NCBI GenBank assembly: GCA_963745035.1 | Contig: CAVUVW010000013.1 | Location: 960,001 to 1,024,000, forward strand | Reading direction: 5' to 3' | DNA length: 64,000 nucleotides | Source of the DNA: an uncultured delta proteobacterium | GTDB taxonomy: Bacteria > Desulfobacterota > Binatia > UBA9968 | Shown: positions 9,617 to 20,332 of the stretch, in pieces | How the letters are laid out: the number at the start of each line of letters is the position of its first letter | Numbering within the stretch: the first letter of the stretch is position 1 | Made by a program: the position numbers and the translations under genes | Notes under the pieces: generated by a model | What the model saw: only the letters and a program-made list of their open reading frames with translations | Databases searched by the model: none | What the model was told of the DNA's origin: nothing

Positions 9617-11824
9617 ATGCTGGAGCACATCAAGAAATTTCATATCGTCTTGATCAAGCCGTCGAAGTACGACGATGACGGTTACGTGATCCGTTTCTGG
9701 AAAGGCGTGCTGCCGAGCAACACGCTGAATGTGTTGCATGGCCTCACCGAGGACATCAAGGCGCGCGAATTTTTCGGCAGTCTGCCGATCGAAGTCACGA
9801 CCTTCGATGAGACCGCGGAAAAGGTGCCGCTTGCCAAGATTATCCGCTGGAGCAAAGAGCCGGGCACCAAGCTGCTGATCTGCCTTGTCGGCGTGCAAAC
9901 CAATCAGTTTCCCCGAGCCATGGACATGGCGAAAACGTTCAGGAGCGAAGGCCTGACCGTCATCATGGGCGGCTTTCACACGAGCGGCACGATCAACATG
10001 CTGAGCGACCAGGAGCCCGACATCCAGGAGCTTTACCGCGCGGGAATCTGCATCGTTTCCGGTGAAGTCGAAGGAAAATGGGAAGGGATTCTCGCAGATT
10101 ATTTGAACGGCCAGCTAAAGCCGCTCTATAGCTTCGCCCAGGATCTGCAAAATCTCGTCGACATCGACGACGCGCCGCTGCCGCGAACCAGCGCGAAGAC
10201 GATGAAGCACTTTGCCTACCCGAGCTTTGCTACCGCCGACACATCGCGCGGCTGCCCGTTCGCCTGCACTTTCTGCACGATCATCAACGTCCAGGGTCGC
10301 AAAATGCGCGAGCGCAGCCCGCAGAGCATCGCCGCCATGATGCGCCGGAACTATCTCGATCACGGTTTGTCCTTTTACTTTTTCACCGACGATAACTTCG
10401 CGCGCAAGAAACTCTGGCGCGAAACTTTCGAGGAAATCATCAAGCTGCGCGAGGAAGGCCTCGACGTGTCTTTCATGATGCAGGTCGACTTGGCGAAAAA
10501 GCCCAAGGACTTCGTGCCGCTGGCGGCGCGCGCCGGCTGCACGCAAGTTTTTATTGGCATGGAAAGCGTCAATCCGCAAAATCTCGAGGCCGAAGGCAAA
10601 AAGCAAAATAAGGTCGAGGAATACCGCAGTATCATCAAGGAATGGCACGACGCGGGCGTGCTTGTGCACACCGGATACATCATCGGTCTGCCCTGGGATT
10701 CGACCGAACAGGTCGACGCGGACGTGCGGTTTCTCATGGACGAGGTCGGACCCGACCAAGCTTCGTTTTTCATGCTGACTCCGCTGCCCGGCTCACACGA
10801 TCATCGCGAGATGAAAAAACGCGGCGATTGGATGGACCCGGATTTTAACAAGCGCGATTCATTCCACGCTACCATCAAGCACCCCCTGATGACTGCCGAG
10901 GAATGGACCGATGCCTATGAAAAAGCGTGGCGGGAATTTTACAGCAAAGAGAATATGATTCGGAATTTGTCACGCTGGACGAACAGTCCAAATAATTACT
11001 GGAACTTGATGTCGATTTTCTTCTGGTACAAGAACGCCGCTTTGATCGAAAAGCAGCACCCCATGGTGGCCGGGTTCTTTCGTCTGAAAGACCGCAAAGC
11101 CCGCCGCGCGGGCTATGCCGTCGACTCGATCCCCGTGCATGTCTGGAAGCGGACAAAGGAAATCACCAGCCTGCTGATCACCTGGGCCAAGTTCGTCAAG
11201 GAAATGGAAGAGGTCTGGCTGCAAACGCGCAAAAAGACCGAAACCGAGGAGCGCTGGCTGGAGCAGATTCAAAAACTGCAAACGGATATTTGGCAGGCGC
11301 TGCGCGTCGCCGACGTCCAAAAGCTTTACGGCAACGCGAAAGAGAGCCTGTCGGAACGCGCGCGCGCCATCCTCGAGCCGCTCGAAGATCTATCCTCGCG
11401 GGTGGTCTCCGATCGCAACGACCTGCGGCGCTTTTTGCGGCAATGGGACAACCTACGGGAAAAAATCCAGGAGCTGCGTTCGCGCGAAGGCGAGGCGGCA
11501 CGCCGCGTGCTCGACGAGATTCACGGCATTCAGATCGGGATTCGTCTCGGCGATCGTATTCAGGAATGGCAGGATGCCTATGCGCGCTTGCGGGTACATC
11601 TGCCGTCGCGGCCCAAGTTGCGCCTGGCCCGGTTCGATGCGATCAACAACCGCGTGGTCTACTCGCGCCAGGAGCTGCAGCGCGTCTGGGCGCAGACCCT
11701 ATGCAATGTGCGCGAGTTCAATTGGCTGAAAATCCGCCCCTGGCGCTTCGCCCGCGCGATGATCCAGGATTTCTCCTTGACCACTTCGTTCGCCAGCAGC
11801 TTTCGGGAATTTTCCAAGCAATAG
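9617..11824 (+). CDS. B12-binding radical SAM protein with long helical C-terminal extension
   Basis: SRGCPFACTFC (CxxxCxxC), FFTDDNF, FIGMES, N-terminal cobalamin-binding-type domain. Confidence 0.85.
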   Translation: MLEHIKKFHIVLIKPSKYDDDGYVIRFWKGVLPSNTLNVLHGLTEDIKAREFFGSLPIEVTTFDETAEKVPLAKIIRWSKEPGTKLLICLVGVQTNQFPRAMDMAKTFRSEGLTVIMGGFHTSGTINMLSDQEPDIQELYRAGICIVSGEVEGKWEGILADYLNGQLKPLYSFAQDLQNLVDIDDAPLPRTSAKTMKHFAYPSFATADTSRGCPFACTFCTIINVQGRKMRERSPQSIAAMMRRNYLDHGLSFYFFTDDNFARKKLWRETFEEIIKLREEGLDVSFMMQVDLAKKPKDFVPLAARAGCTQVFIGMESVNPQNLEAEGKKQNKVEEYRSIIKEWHDAGVLVHTGYIIGLPWDSTEQVDADVRFLMDEVGPDQASFFMLTPLPGSHDHREMKKRGDWMDPDFNKRDSFHATIKHPLMTAEEWTDAYEKAWREFYSKENMIRNLSRWTNSPNNYWNLMSIFFWYKNAALIEKQHPMVAGFFRLKDRKARRAGYAVDSIPVHVWKRTKEITSLLITWAKFVKEMEEVWLQTRKKTETEERWLEQIQKLQTDIWQALRVADVQKLYGNAKESLSERARAILEPLEDLSSRVVSDRNDLRRFLRQWDNLREKIQELRSREGEAARRVLDEIHGIQIGIRLGDRIQEWQDAYARLRVHLPSRPKLRLARFDAINNRVVYSRQELQRVWAQTLCNVREFNWLKIRPWRFARAMIQDFSLTTSFASSFREFSKQ

Positions 11825-11844
11825 CGACGGCCGGTCGGCCGGCG

Positions 11845-12678
11845 CTAGTGAATCAGCGTAACCTGCTTCGCCAGGCTCACCACTTGCTCGCGAATCGCCG
11901 CGGCGTCCTTGGCCTCCGGCGCCAGTCGCAGATACCCTTCGAAATCCGCGCGCGCCTGCGCGAAGTACTCCAGCCTGAGATAAACGCCGGCGCGGTCGCG
12001 GATGTGCTCCGCGGCGCCGGGATCGAGAATGAGAGTGAGATCGAGCACCGACAATAATCGCACCAGATCGTTCGCCTTGGCGTAGATTGCCTTGAGATTG
12101 CCGAGCATGCGCTTGAGAATTTCCTTCTTGCCCGCCGCGCGGAGAAACTCGCTCCGCAGCTCGACAGCGCCGCCGTACAGGCTCGCGAGCAGGCCGCGTA
12201 AATCTTCGCGCGACCGGATCGCGCCCCGGCGGAACGGATCGATCACGATCTCGACGCCATCGGGGAGCGCGTGCTTGACGAGAAAATGGCCGGGGAATCC
12301 GACGCCGTCGAGAACCAGCCCGATGCGCTGCGCCACTTCCATATAGAGAACCGAGAGCGTGATCGGAATGCCGGTTTTGCGCTCCAGGACCTCGTTCAGA
12401 AAACTATTTTTCGGGTTGTAATAGTCGTCGCGGTTGCCGTGAAAGCCGTGCCGCTCGAACAGCACGTAGTTGAGCGCGTCCAGCGATTGCTCGACGGTGC
12501 CGCCGTCGCAGCGCTTGGCGGTCTCGACGGCGAGCTCGTCGATGCGTCCGAGATACGCCGCGACATCGAGCTCGGGATAATCGGGGAGCGCCATCGCGAG
12601 GGCCGCGCGACCGAGGTCGATTTTTTCATCGACGCGGTCGACGGCCTGGCGAAACTCGCGGTAGGGATCGTGGACCAA
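11845..12678 (-). CDS. SirB1/transglutaminase-like protein with TPR
   Basis: GFHGNRDDYYNPKNSFLNEVLERKTGIPITLS, GVGFPGHFL, C-terminal TPR; TTG start inferred. Confidence 0.88.
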   Translation of the reverse strand: MVHDPYREFRQAVDRVDEKIDLGRAALAMALPDYPELDVAAYLGRIDELAVETAKRCDGGTVEQSLDALNYVLFERHGFHGNRDDYYNPKNSFLNEVLERKTGIPITLSVLYMEVAQRIGLVLDGVGFPGHFLVKHALPDGVEIVIDPFRRGAIRSREDLRGLLASLYGGAVELRSEFLRAAGKKEILKRMLGNLKAIYAKANDLVRLLSVLDLTLILDPGAAEHIRDRAGVYLRLEYFAQARADFEGYLRLAPEAKDAAAIREQVVSLAKQVTLIH

Positions 12679-12689
12679 TGTCGGCGAGT

Positions 12690-14460
12690 CTAGCGCGGCT
12701 CGGCGATCACGTCGACGAGATACGGCAGCTGCTTTTCCTTCACATACTTGAGCCCGCGCTCGATCGCCGGACGCAAGTCGGCGGGGTTGCGCACCGGCCC
12801 TTCGCCGTTGACTCCGAACGACTTTGCCATGATCGCGAAATCGATCTCCGGATCGTCGACGTGGGTGCCGATCCCGGCGTTTTCCACCGGGCGATTGCGG
12901 AACTTGGCGACTTCGATGCCGTGCTCTTCGGAATTGTAGTAGGACTGGTTGTTGTGCATGACCATCAGCAGGGGAATGCGGTGCTTGGCCGCGGTCCAGA
13001 GCGCGCTCGAAGTCATCAGCATATCGCCGTCCGACTGGATCGCCACGGCCACATTTCCGGAGCCCTTGAGCGCCAAGGCGGCGCCGATCGAAGCGCCCGG
13101 CCCATAGCCCAAGCCGGCGCCGCCGCTGCCGCCGAGCGACTGATTCGGCTTGGTGAAATCCCAGAGACGGCGCGTCCAGCCGTTGGACGTGCCGTTCACC
13201 AGCACCCACGGCTCGCGCCGCACCGCTTCGCCCACTTCGAGACCCAGCCAAGCGGTGGAAATTTCTTTCTGCGATCCTTTGGCTTCAGCGTCCGCGCGCC
13301 ATTTCGCGCGGCGCGCCTTGTGCTTGTCGGCCAATTCCTTTTGGCGTGCCTCGATGGCCGATTTTTTCTTGGCGTCATTGCCGAGCAGCTCGCGGCAGAG
13401 CCGGGTCAATTCCGGGATCGCCACCGCCGGTATCGGCGGTCATCGGCACGTCGATCGCCTGGAGCGCCTGATAGTCGTTGGCCCAGGAATGGACCAGCAT
13501 GTCGTTCATCGAAATGCTGATAATTTTTACCGCGCCGGAAGTGACGTATTCCGAATTGCGCGTCTGTTTGCTCACGGTGGTCAGCGAGCCGAACAGATCG
13601 CCCACATCGAGCGCCAGAATCACGTCTGCCTTTTGCAGAATCTCGCGCGCGCCGTCCGTTGCATCCAAGGGATGGACCGACGGGAAGTTGAAGCGCGACC
13701 CTTTATCGACGACGGGAATGGCGAGTAATTCGGCGAGTTCGATCAGCGCCGGCACGGCTTTGGGATTGCGCCCGACTTGATCGGCGACGATCAGCGGCGT
13801 TTGCGCATTCACCAGCATCTCGGCCGCGCGGCGCAGGGCTTCAGGGTTCGCCTGCGTCGGCGCCGGCGTCGAGTAGCGCCGCACGTCGGGCACATCCATG
13901 ATGCTCGTGAGCGCGTCCTCCTGGATATCGGCGTCGTAGTTGATATAGACCGGCGCCATCGGATCGGTGGTGGCGATGCGGTAGCCGCGGATGAAGGAAT
14001 CCGGCACGTCGGCCAACGAATAGGGCTGATCGTCCCATTTGACGTAGTCTCGAACCTGGTTGCCCTGGACGAGCGCGGTGTGGATCCAGTCGATGCGCGG
14101 GCGCCGGCGCTTGGAGTTCATCGGGCCGGTGCCGCCGAGCACCATGATCGGCACGCGGTCGATGTAGGCGTTGAAGATCGCCATGCTGGCATGCTGCAAG
14201 CCGACCATGTTGTGCGTGATGGCGATCATCGGTTTGTTCTTGGCCTTGGCGTAGCCGTGGGCGATCGCCACCGAGATCTCTTCGTGGTGGCAGAAGATCA
14301 CCTCCGGCTTGTAGTTGCCGCCGTAGTTGACGATCGAATCGTGAATGCCGCGAAACGTGGCGCCGGGGTTGAACGCCGCGTATTCGATATCGAAGGCTTT
14401 CATCATGTCGACGACGACGTCGGAACCGTATTGCGGTTGTTTTTTTTCTACTCGGGACAC
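12690..14460 (-). CDS. Thiamine pyrophosphate-dependent enzyme, split by a frameshift near 13420
   Basis: N-terminal NPGATFRG/HEEISVAIAHGYAK in ORF 13375..14460; C-terminal GLGYG..SDGDML..MHNN in ORF 12690..13424. Confidence 0.88.
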
Positions 14461-14539
14461 GGGTCTAATCCTCCTGGGATTTCATGTTCTGCACTCCATA
14501 CCAAGAAACCGGCTCCGTGGCTAGGGGCAGCGCCGAGAA

Positions 14540-15442
14540 TTAGCGTTTTTTGGCATCGAGCCGCAGCAATCCCTGGCGATAAAAAAGCTCCAGGGTCTCC
14601 TGCAAATCGCCCTGGCGCGCGCCGCTGTCCGAAGCCTGCCCGGTCTCCAAAGCGGCGATAGATTCCAAAACTCGTTGCGCCGCCGGCGCCATGAAAGAAT
14701 CCATGCCGTGGTGCTGGAACGTGCGCTTGAGCTCGTCCATCTCCTCGGCGCGCCGCTCGGCGTGGATGCGCAGGCCGACGATGCTCGACGAGACCTTGTC
14801 GATCAAACCGGGAAAACTCTCCTCGTATTGAGCTGTCACCTCTTTGAGCAGGCCGAAGCGCCGAGCGCCCATGAAGAGCTCGCAAAACAGTCCCTGCAGC
14901 CCCTTGGTGAGCCCCGCGTAAACGACTTTAAACGCCGATGCCTGGTTGGTGCTCGGCCCCAGGGTTTTCACCGGAATTTGGAACGACTCCAGCGCCGCAA
15001 GCTTGTCTGCCTGCGGTCCCGACACGTAGACGATCGTGCCCTTGCCCATTTTGGCGGCCGAGCCGATGATGCAGCCGTCGACAAAGTGGACTCCGGCTGG
15101 AGTCAAGACCGCCGTGATGTCATCGGCGGTCATCGGCGAGATCGCGTTGGCGTCGAGAAACAACAAGTCCTTTCGCCCCGACTCTTTCACCGCCGCCGCG
15201 ACGGCTTCGGCTACTCGTTTCGCCGCGGACGGGACCACGATGGACACGATCAGCTCGGAATCTTGTACCAGCTCGGCCATGGAAGCCGTGGCTTTGACGC
15301 CGGCGTTTTGTCCGCGTTTGCGGCTCACCTCGCCGCGATCTTTGTCGTAGGTGAGCGCTTCCACTCCATGACTCTTGAGCAGCTTGGCCCAGTGAAAGCC
15401 CATCTCGCCGATGCTGAGAATGCCGATGGTTCGAAAAGACAC
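14540..15442 (-). CDS. NAD(P)-dependent oxidoreductase (6PGDH/HIBADH-like, DUF1932)
   Basis: IGILSIGEMG Rossmann motif, DANAISP, ASAFKVVYAGLTKG, HAERRAEEM. Confidence 0.85.
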   Translation of the reverse strand: MSFRTIGILSIGEMGFHWAKLLKSHGVEALTYDKDRGEVSRKRGQNAGVKATASMAELVQDSELIVSIVVPSAAKRVAEAVAAAVKESGRKDLLFLDANAISPMTADDITAVLTPAGVHFVDGCIIGSAAKMGKGTIVYVSGPQADKLAALESFQIPVKTLGPSTNQASAFKVVYAGLTKGLQGLFCELFMGARRFGLLKEVTAQYEESFPGLIDKVSSSIVGLRIHAERRAEEMDELKRTFQHHGMDSFMAPAAQRVLESIAALETGQASDSGARQGDLQETLELFYRQGLLRLDAKKR

Positions 15443-15580
15443 GGTAGGCTCCTTGGCTTTGGTTGATTGCTTGGAACGTCCTCGGCGCGATCCGCCGCGA
15501 CGCCGTTTCTCTATGACACAACGATCGCAGTTTTAAAAGTCGAGGACTCGCGCCCCGCGAAGATAATGGACCGCGGCGTT

Positions 15581-16378
15581 CTATCTCAAGCCGAACAGTT
15601 TTTTTGCATTGCGTGAAAGGATGTTTTCCTTGTCTTCGTCGCTGATCTTGGCGGTCTTGATCTCGTCGATGGTCGCGCAATGTTCGTAGCTCGCCGGATG
15701 AGAGTAAAACAGGCTGCCGAAAATAAGCCTGTGTGAGCCGGCGGCCTCGACGAACTGACGCACGTAGGACGCGCCCCGCACGTGCGCCGTATCGAAGAGG
15801 ATGTTCGGCGTGCGTTTGGCGATATCGAGAGCGAGCTGGCTGTTGGTATTGGTCGTCAACGCGTCGAGCGAGACGAAAGTGAGCTCGGGAAACTCGACGG
15901 CGAGACGCTCCAAGCGCCAGACCGCTTCCAGATTGGATTCCGCGTTGGTGTGGATCAGGGGCACGAGCTTCAGCTCGCTTACCTTTTTTAAGAGCGGCCG
16001 CATGAGCTGGTGATCGACGGCCACGCCCTGAAATCGGCTGTGCCACACCACGCCGTCGAGCCTGAGCTCGTGCTTGATGCGCTCCAGCTCGCCGAGCGAG
16101 CGCGGGCCGTGCAGCGGCTCGACGATCCCGCAGGCCGCCGGAAAGCGCTTCGGATCGCGGCTTCGATACGCGGCCACGGTGTCGTTGCAGCGCATCGTGT
16201 CTTTGATTCCATCGGCTTGGATGTAGCCGGTGGCCGCCAGGATAGCCGAGGCGCTGACGCCGTTGGCTTGCATGATGCGCACGCGATTCTGGTAGTCGCG
16301 CTCCTGCCAGCCCTCCCCTTCCTGCAGGCTTCCGCCGGTCAGCGAGCCGAGATGATGATGAATATCAAAAATCTCCAT
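15581..16378 (-). CDS. Amidohydrolase_2 family protein
   Basis: DIHHH metal motif, LIHT, FDTA, LIFGS, NILSRNAKKL. Confidence 0.85.
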   Translation of the reverse strand: MEIFDIHHHLGSLTGGSLQEGEGWQERDYQNRVRIMQANGVSASAILAATGYIQADGIKDTMRCNDTVAAYRSRDPKRFPAACGIVEPLHGPRSLGELERIKHELRLDGVVWHSRFQGVAVDHQLMRPLLKKVSELKLVPLIHTNAESNLEAVWRLERLAVEFPELTFVSLDALTTNTNSQLALDIAKRTPNILFDTAHVRGASYVRQFVEAAGSHRLIFGSLFYSHPASYEHCATIDEIKTAKISDEDKENILSRNAKKLFGLR

Positions 16379-16396
16379 GACACCCCCTTTGATTAA

Positions 16397-17581
16397 TCAA
16401 CCCGGGTTAAAACCTATACTCGTCCGGGCCGGCGCCGTGCGCTGCGCGCCGGTGGTGACAAACCACGCGCCGAACTCTACCGCGTCGTGATAGTACTCGG
16501 CCCAATGCTCGCCGGCGACAATCCGCTCGGGCGCGCGGTCCGCGCGGAAGACCACGGCCAAGAGTTTGTCTCTTGAATCGCGGAAATTTTCCAACGCGGC
16601 AAAATTCTTCCCCAGCGCCTCCGCCAAAGCTGTCCGTTTGCCATCCGGCGGTGCGGGCTTGCCCGGCGGCATTAAAAGAATCAGCCGCTCATAAAGTTTC
16701 GAATCCATGACCACCTTGAGCTCCCAAAGCAGACCCGGCGTGTCATCGACGACGATCACGATGATTGCCGCCAAAGACAGCAGCTCGCGCACCCGGCTTT
16801 GCCAATCGTCGCCGACGTATTCGCGCAGGGCGCCCAGCGGCGGCAGCTCTTCGCCAGGCCGGCCTATCGCGACCACCGGACCGTACCGGCTGAGCGGACC
16901 GGTGGCCACTTCTTCGAAAGTCAGAGGAACCTCTCGATCGATGATGTTCTCGGCGTCTCTTTCATCGATCTGAAAAGAGCGCAGCCAGACCACCGGCCGG
17001 CGGAGATCCTGGGCGAGCGCTTCGCGCGCCGGCGCCGCGAAATATTTCAGCCGCTCGCGGCCAAGCCTCCGGCTGATGTAGACAAGCTTCCACATGGCGC
17101 TGGCTCCGGCGGCGGGTCCGCCGATGACGAGCCCGATGCTGGCCCACTTGTTCTCGACGTAAAGACCGCAAACCGCCGCGATCAAGCCCGCTGCAAGCGC
17201 CGCCAAAGCCAAAAGCTGACAGCCTCGATAGCGGCACCAGGCCATCAGCGCGCCCTTCCGCCGCCCCTTGGCGCGGTAGCGCCGCGCGCCAAAGAACAAA
17301 TTGCGGCCGAGCCAACGAAGCCGCCATGGCAGGCCGCCTTGAATGCGATCGTTTTCGAAACGCACGCCGCGCAGGCGCGCCACGCGGCTGAGCGCCCACG
17401 CGTACGCTCCCGCAGCCAAGAGAACGAGGAGGGTGGCGCTGAAAAGAAAACCGAAGGCGTCGGTCAACCACGGCGGGGCCTTGAACCAGAGGCCCACGAT
17501 AATACTGAGGATCAGCAGGCCCAGCCAAGTCTCAACTCCCCCACCCTTTGCCATGCTAGCAACGCTCCCCGTCCAACGCAT
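16397..17581 (-). CDS. Membrane protein with C-terminal alpha/beta domain
   Basis: About 4 N-terminal TM helices; PVVWLRSF, GPVVAIGRPGE.LPPLGA, W...V..L...A.II...TPGLLWE. Confidence 0.7.
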   Translation of the reverse strand: MRWTGSVASMAKGGGVETWLGLLILSIIVGLWFKAPPWLTDAFGFLFSATLLVLLAAGAYAWALSRVARLRGVRFENDRIQGGLPWRLRWLGRNLFFGARRYRAKGRRKGALMAWCRYRGCQLLALAALAAGLIAAVCGLYVENKWASIGLVIGGPAAGASAMWKLVYISRRLGRERLKYFAAPAREALAQDLRRPVVWLRSFQIDERDAENIIDREVPLTFEEVATGPLSRYGPVVAIGRPGEELPPLGALREYVGDDWQSRVRELLSLAAIIVIVVDDTPGLLWELKVVMDSKLYERLILLMPPGKPAPPDGKRTALAEALGKNFAALENFRDSRDKLLAVVFRADRAPERIVAGEHWAEYYHDAVEFGAWFVTTGAQRTAPARTSIGFNPG

Positions 17582-18324
17582 GCTGCGCCCATGATCTCGA
17601 GTAAATCAAGAAGCGCCATCGATCTCGCGCCAAGGGCATGTCACGATGGCGCTTCGGTTGGCGACGCTCAGGAATTTTTCGCCGGCGCGCTAGCCGGCCG
17701 CGGCCGCTTGCCGATCTGCTCTCCGTTCGGCAACTGCTCGTATTTCAAATCGAGCCGCTTATCCATCGCCGCATAGATTTTCGCCCAGTCCGTCTGCTTC
17801 ATTGCCAACTCCTTTACCTTCGCCGTTCCACACCATGCGCCGAATTTCGCATCGCCACCGCGGCATGTCAAAGGCCACCACCCGAGCGAGACCGCGCGTG
17901 TATCAAACACTTTCGGATTCGCAGCGCCATGCTCGGCGCGATGGGCATGCAAGCGCCGCCGGGTAAAAAATTTTGTTGATGATTTTTCCGTCTGAGAGAT
18001 GCCGATCACAGCGTCCCGAAACCGCCACGGCCCGAGTCGCTGTGGAACAATTGTCGAAGAAGCGCTACGCAATGTTAGAGAGCACAGCGTTCGAAAAGAG
18101 CATTTTCATGGGTCAAGCGAAAAAGAAATTGATCGCCGCGGACGCGCTGGTCGCGTCGCCGAATCGTAAACGAAGTTTCCTCTAGATATATTTGCTTCTC
18201 ATTCTGCAAAAATCTCGACCTGAGTATCCCTTTCAACTGGCGTCTCCGCTCGCAAGATTGCCAACCTCGGCGATTTGCGCTAACGACCTGTGCCGTGCCT
18301 GAAAGAACGCACGGAGGCGAAGAA

Positions 18325-19398
18325 ATGGACATCGACTTTGTCACCAACCAGGAAATTATCGTCGCGGCGCGGCGCAACCTGACCGACAACGTCTGGCACT
18401 ATCTCACCGGCGGCGCCGAATCCGAAACCACCATGCGGCGCAATCGCTACGGCTTCGACAGCCTAGCTTTTCGTCCGCGCGTGCTCGTCGATGTTTCCAA
18501 AACTAATTCCTCGACCAGTTTTCTCGGCCACAAGCTAAAGATTCCCGTCATGCTCGCGCCCATCGGCTCGCTCCAATCGATCACGCCGGAAGGCGGGGTC
18601 GCCGTTGCGAGAGCCGCCGAGGAATGCGGCACGATCAATTTCGTCAGCTCGGTCACCCAACCGAGTTTGGAAGAGATCGCCGGCGCCGGCGGCAGCCCAA
18701 AAATATTTCAACTCTACGTGCAGGGCGATCTGACCTGGGTGGAAAATCTCTTGTCGCGGGTCAAGCGCGCCGGCTATGCGGCGCTCTGCCTTACCGTTGA
18801 CACTGCGCACTATGGACATCGTGAGCGGCAAATGATGGATCGCTGGCTGCCACCGAGCCGGCGCGGCGCCGGGTACGAGTATCGCGCGGCCCTCACCTGG
18901 GAGATCCTCGATGCGATCAAAGAAATGGCCGGGCTGCCTTTCATTTTAAAAGGGGTCGCCACTGCGGAAGATGCGGCCCTTGCAGTGGCGCACGGCGTCA
19001 ACGCGATTTACGTCTCCAATCACGGCGGCCGCCAGCTCGATCACGGGCGCGCGACCATCGACACGCTGCCGGAGATTATCGCCGCCGTTGACGGCAAAGC
19101 GGAAATAATCCTGGACGGTGGTATCACGCGCGGCAGCGACGTGCTTAAAGCCATTGCACTGGGCGCGCGCGCCGTCGCCATCGGCAAGCTGCAAGGATGG
19201 GGCTTGGCCGCCAATGGACAAGCAGGTTTAGTGCGCGTTCTGGAAATTCTCGAAAGTGAAATTGTGACAACGATGGGTCTACTCGGCGTCACGCGCCTGG
19301 ATCAACTTAACCCGGCCTATCTGTCCAAAGTGCAGCCGGTGACGCCGGCCCATGAGATGAGCGCGTTCCCACACCTGCCCGGCGGCCGCTTGTTGTGA
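18325..19398 (+). CDS. FMN-dependent alpha-hydroxy acid oxidase/dehydrogenase
   Basis: FRPRVL, LAPIG, LTVD, SNHGGRQLD, DGGITRGSDVLKAIALGA; GGAGG RBS before ATG 18325. Confidence 0.93.
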   Translation: MDIDFVTNQEIIVAARRNLTDNVWHYLTGGAESETTMRRNRYGFDSLAFRPRVLVDVSKTNSSTSFLGHKLKIPVMLAPIGSLQSITPEGGVAVARAAEECGTINFVSSVTQPSLEEIAGAGGSPKIFQLYVQGDLTWVENLLSRVKRAGYAALCLTVDTAHYGHRERQMMDRWLPPSRRGAGYEYRAALTWEILDAIKEMAGLPFILKGVATAEDAALAVAHGVNAIYVSNHGGRQLDHGRATIDTLPEIIAAVDGKAEIILDGGITRGSDVLKAIALGARAVAIGKLQGWGLAANGQAGLVRVLEILESEIVTTMGLLGVTRLDQLNPAYLSKVQPVTPAHEMSAFPHLPGGRLL

Positions 19399-19437
19399 AA
19401 CTGCGGCAAGCACCAAAGCCCTTGCGAACTTCTTCGG

Positions 19438-19496
19438 TGGTGCCCGGAGCCGGACTCGAACCGGCACAGACCTTTCGGTCCGAGGGATTTTAAGTC
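19438..19496 (-). repeat. att copy: duplicate of the 3' 59 nt of tRNA-Leu(TAA)
   Basis: TGGTGCCCGGAGCCGGACTCGAACCGGCACAGACCTTTCGGTCCGAGGGATTTTAAGTC is identical to 29399..29457. Confidence 0.97.
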
Positions 19497-19604
19497 AGGG
19501 AAACATTCTCGCCAAAATGCATCAACTGACATCAAGGCGCATTATCGCAGCAGTTTCGTGCTGCCGGCAGTGCGGTTTGGTGTCGGTTGGTGTCAGTTAG
19601 TACG

Positions 19605-19813
19605 GCTACAGCGTAAGCTACACACCGCGATAAGCTACAGATCAGCTACAGCCGCGGCGCGTTCAATCGGCGCGCAATCGATCACTCAAACCCGCAGCGA
19701 AAATCACGGCAGAGACGGTAGCGCACGCCATGGCCGCGGGATTCTAGATCCCGTGTACCGCCCTAAATATCGTATCAGAAAAGGTTTTTTGTTCGCTGTA
19801 GCCTAACTGTAAC
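19605..19813. repeat. Clustered GCTACA repeats, possible integrase arm-type or other protein-binding sites
   Basis: GCTACA at 19605, 19617, 19634 and 19645; inverted TGTAGC at 19797 and TGTAAC at 19808. Confidence 0.55.
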
Positions 19814-19823
19814 TAACGATTCA

Positions 19824-20327
19824 ATGTCTGACGAAGCAACGGCAATCCAGAAAGCAGAGCACAAAGGCCCAGGCGGTGCACGTGCCGGCGCCGGTGCGCC
19901 CAAGGGCAACGGCAACCGCCGAACGCACGGCCTTAGATCATTACAGAAGGCATGGTCACAGCTTGGCAACCGGGTGATCGATGGGCGATCCCCCGCGGCC
20001 GTGGCGCTTCGGAAGTGGCGCGCGAATGTGATTGAGGATCTTGGTGGCCGGGAAGCGATCAGCACGCAACAAGAAGCGCTGATAGACCTGGCGTGCAAGA
20101 GCAAACTGCTACTGGATAGCGTCGACGCCTGGCTGATGACTCAGCCAAGGCTGGTTAATGCGCGCAAGCGTTCTCTCATCCACGTAGTTCTTCAGCGCCA
20201 GACCCTTGCCGATGGTCTTGCGCGTTATCTTTCGCAGCTTGGACTTGAGCGCCGGCGCAAAGTGAAAACCATCACCGACCTGCTCAACGGCGATACCGAG
20301 CAGCCGCAAGGCGACACCCGCCAATGA
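19824..20327 (+). CDS. Putative terminase small subunit
   Basis: GGARAGAGAPKGNGNRRTHG resembles the phage TerS GAPxGNxNxxxHG motif; helical body; upstream of TerL. Confidence 0.6.
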   Translation: MSDEATAIQKAEHKGPGGARAGAGAPKGNGNRRTHGLRSLQKAWSQLGNRVIDGRSPAAVALRKWRANVIEDLGGREAISTQQEALIDLACKSKLLLDSVDAWLMTQPRLVNARKRSLIHVVLQRQTLADGLARYLSQLGLERRRKVKTITDLLNGDTEQPQGDTRQ

Positions 20328-20332
20328 CCGCG

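Noticed and set aside
19438-19496. A second tRNA-Leu gene
   Set aside because: It lacks the 5' acceptor strand and D arm, so it is the att duplicate.
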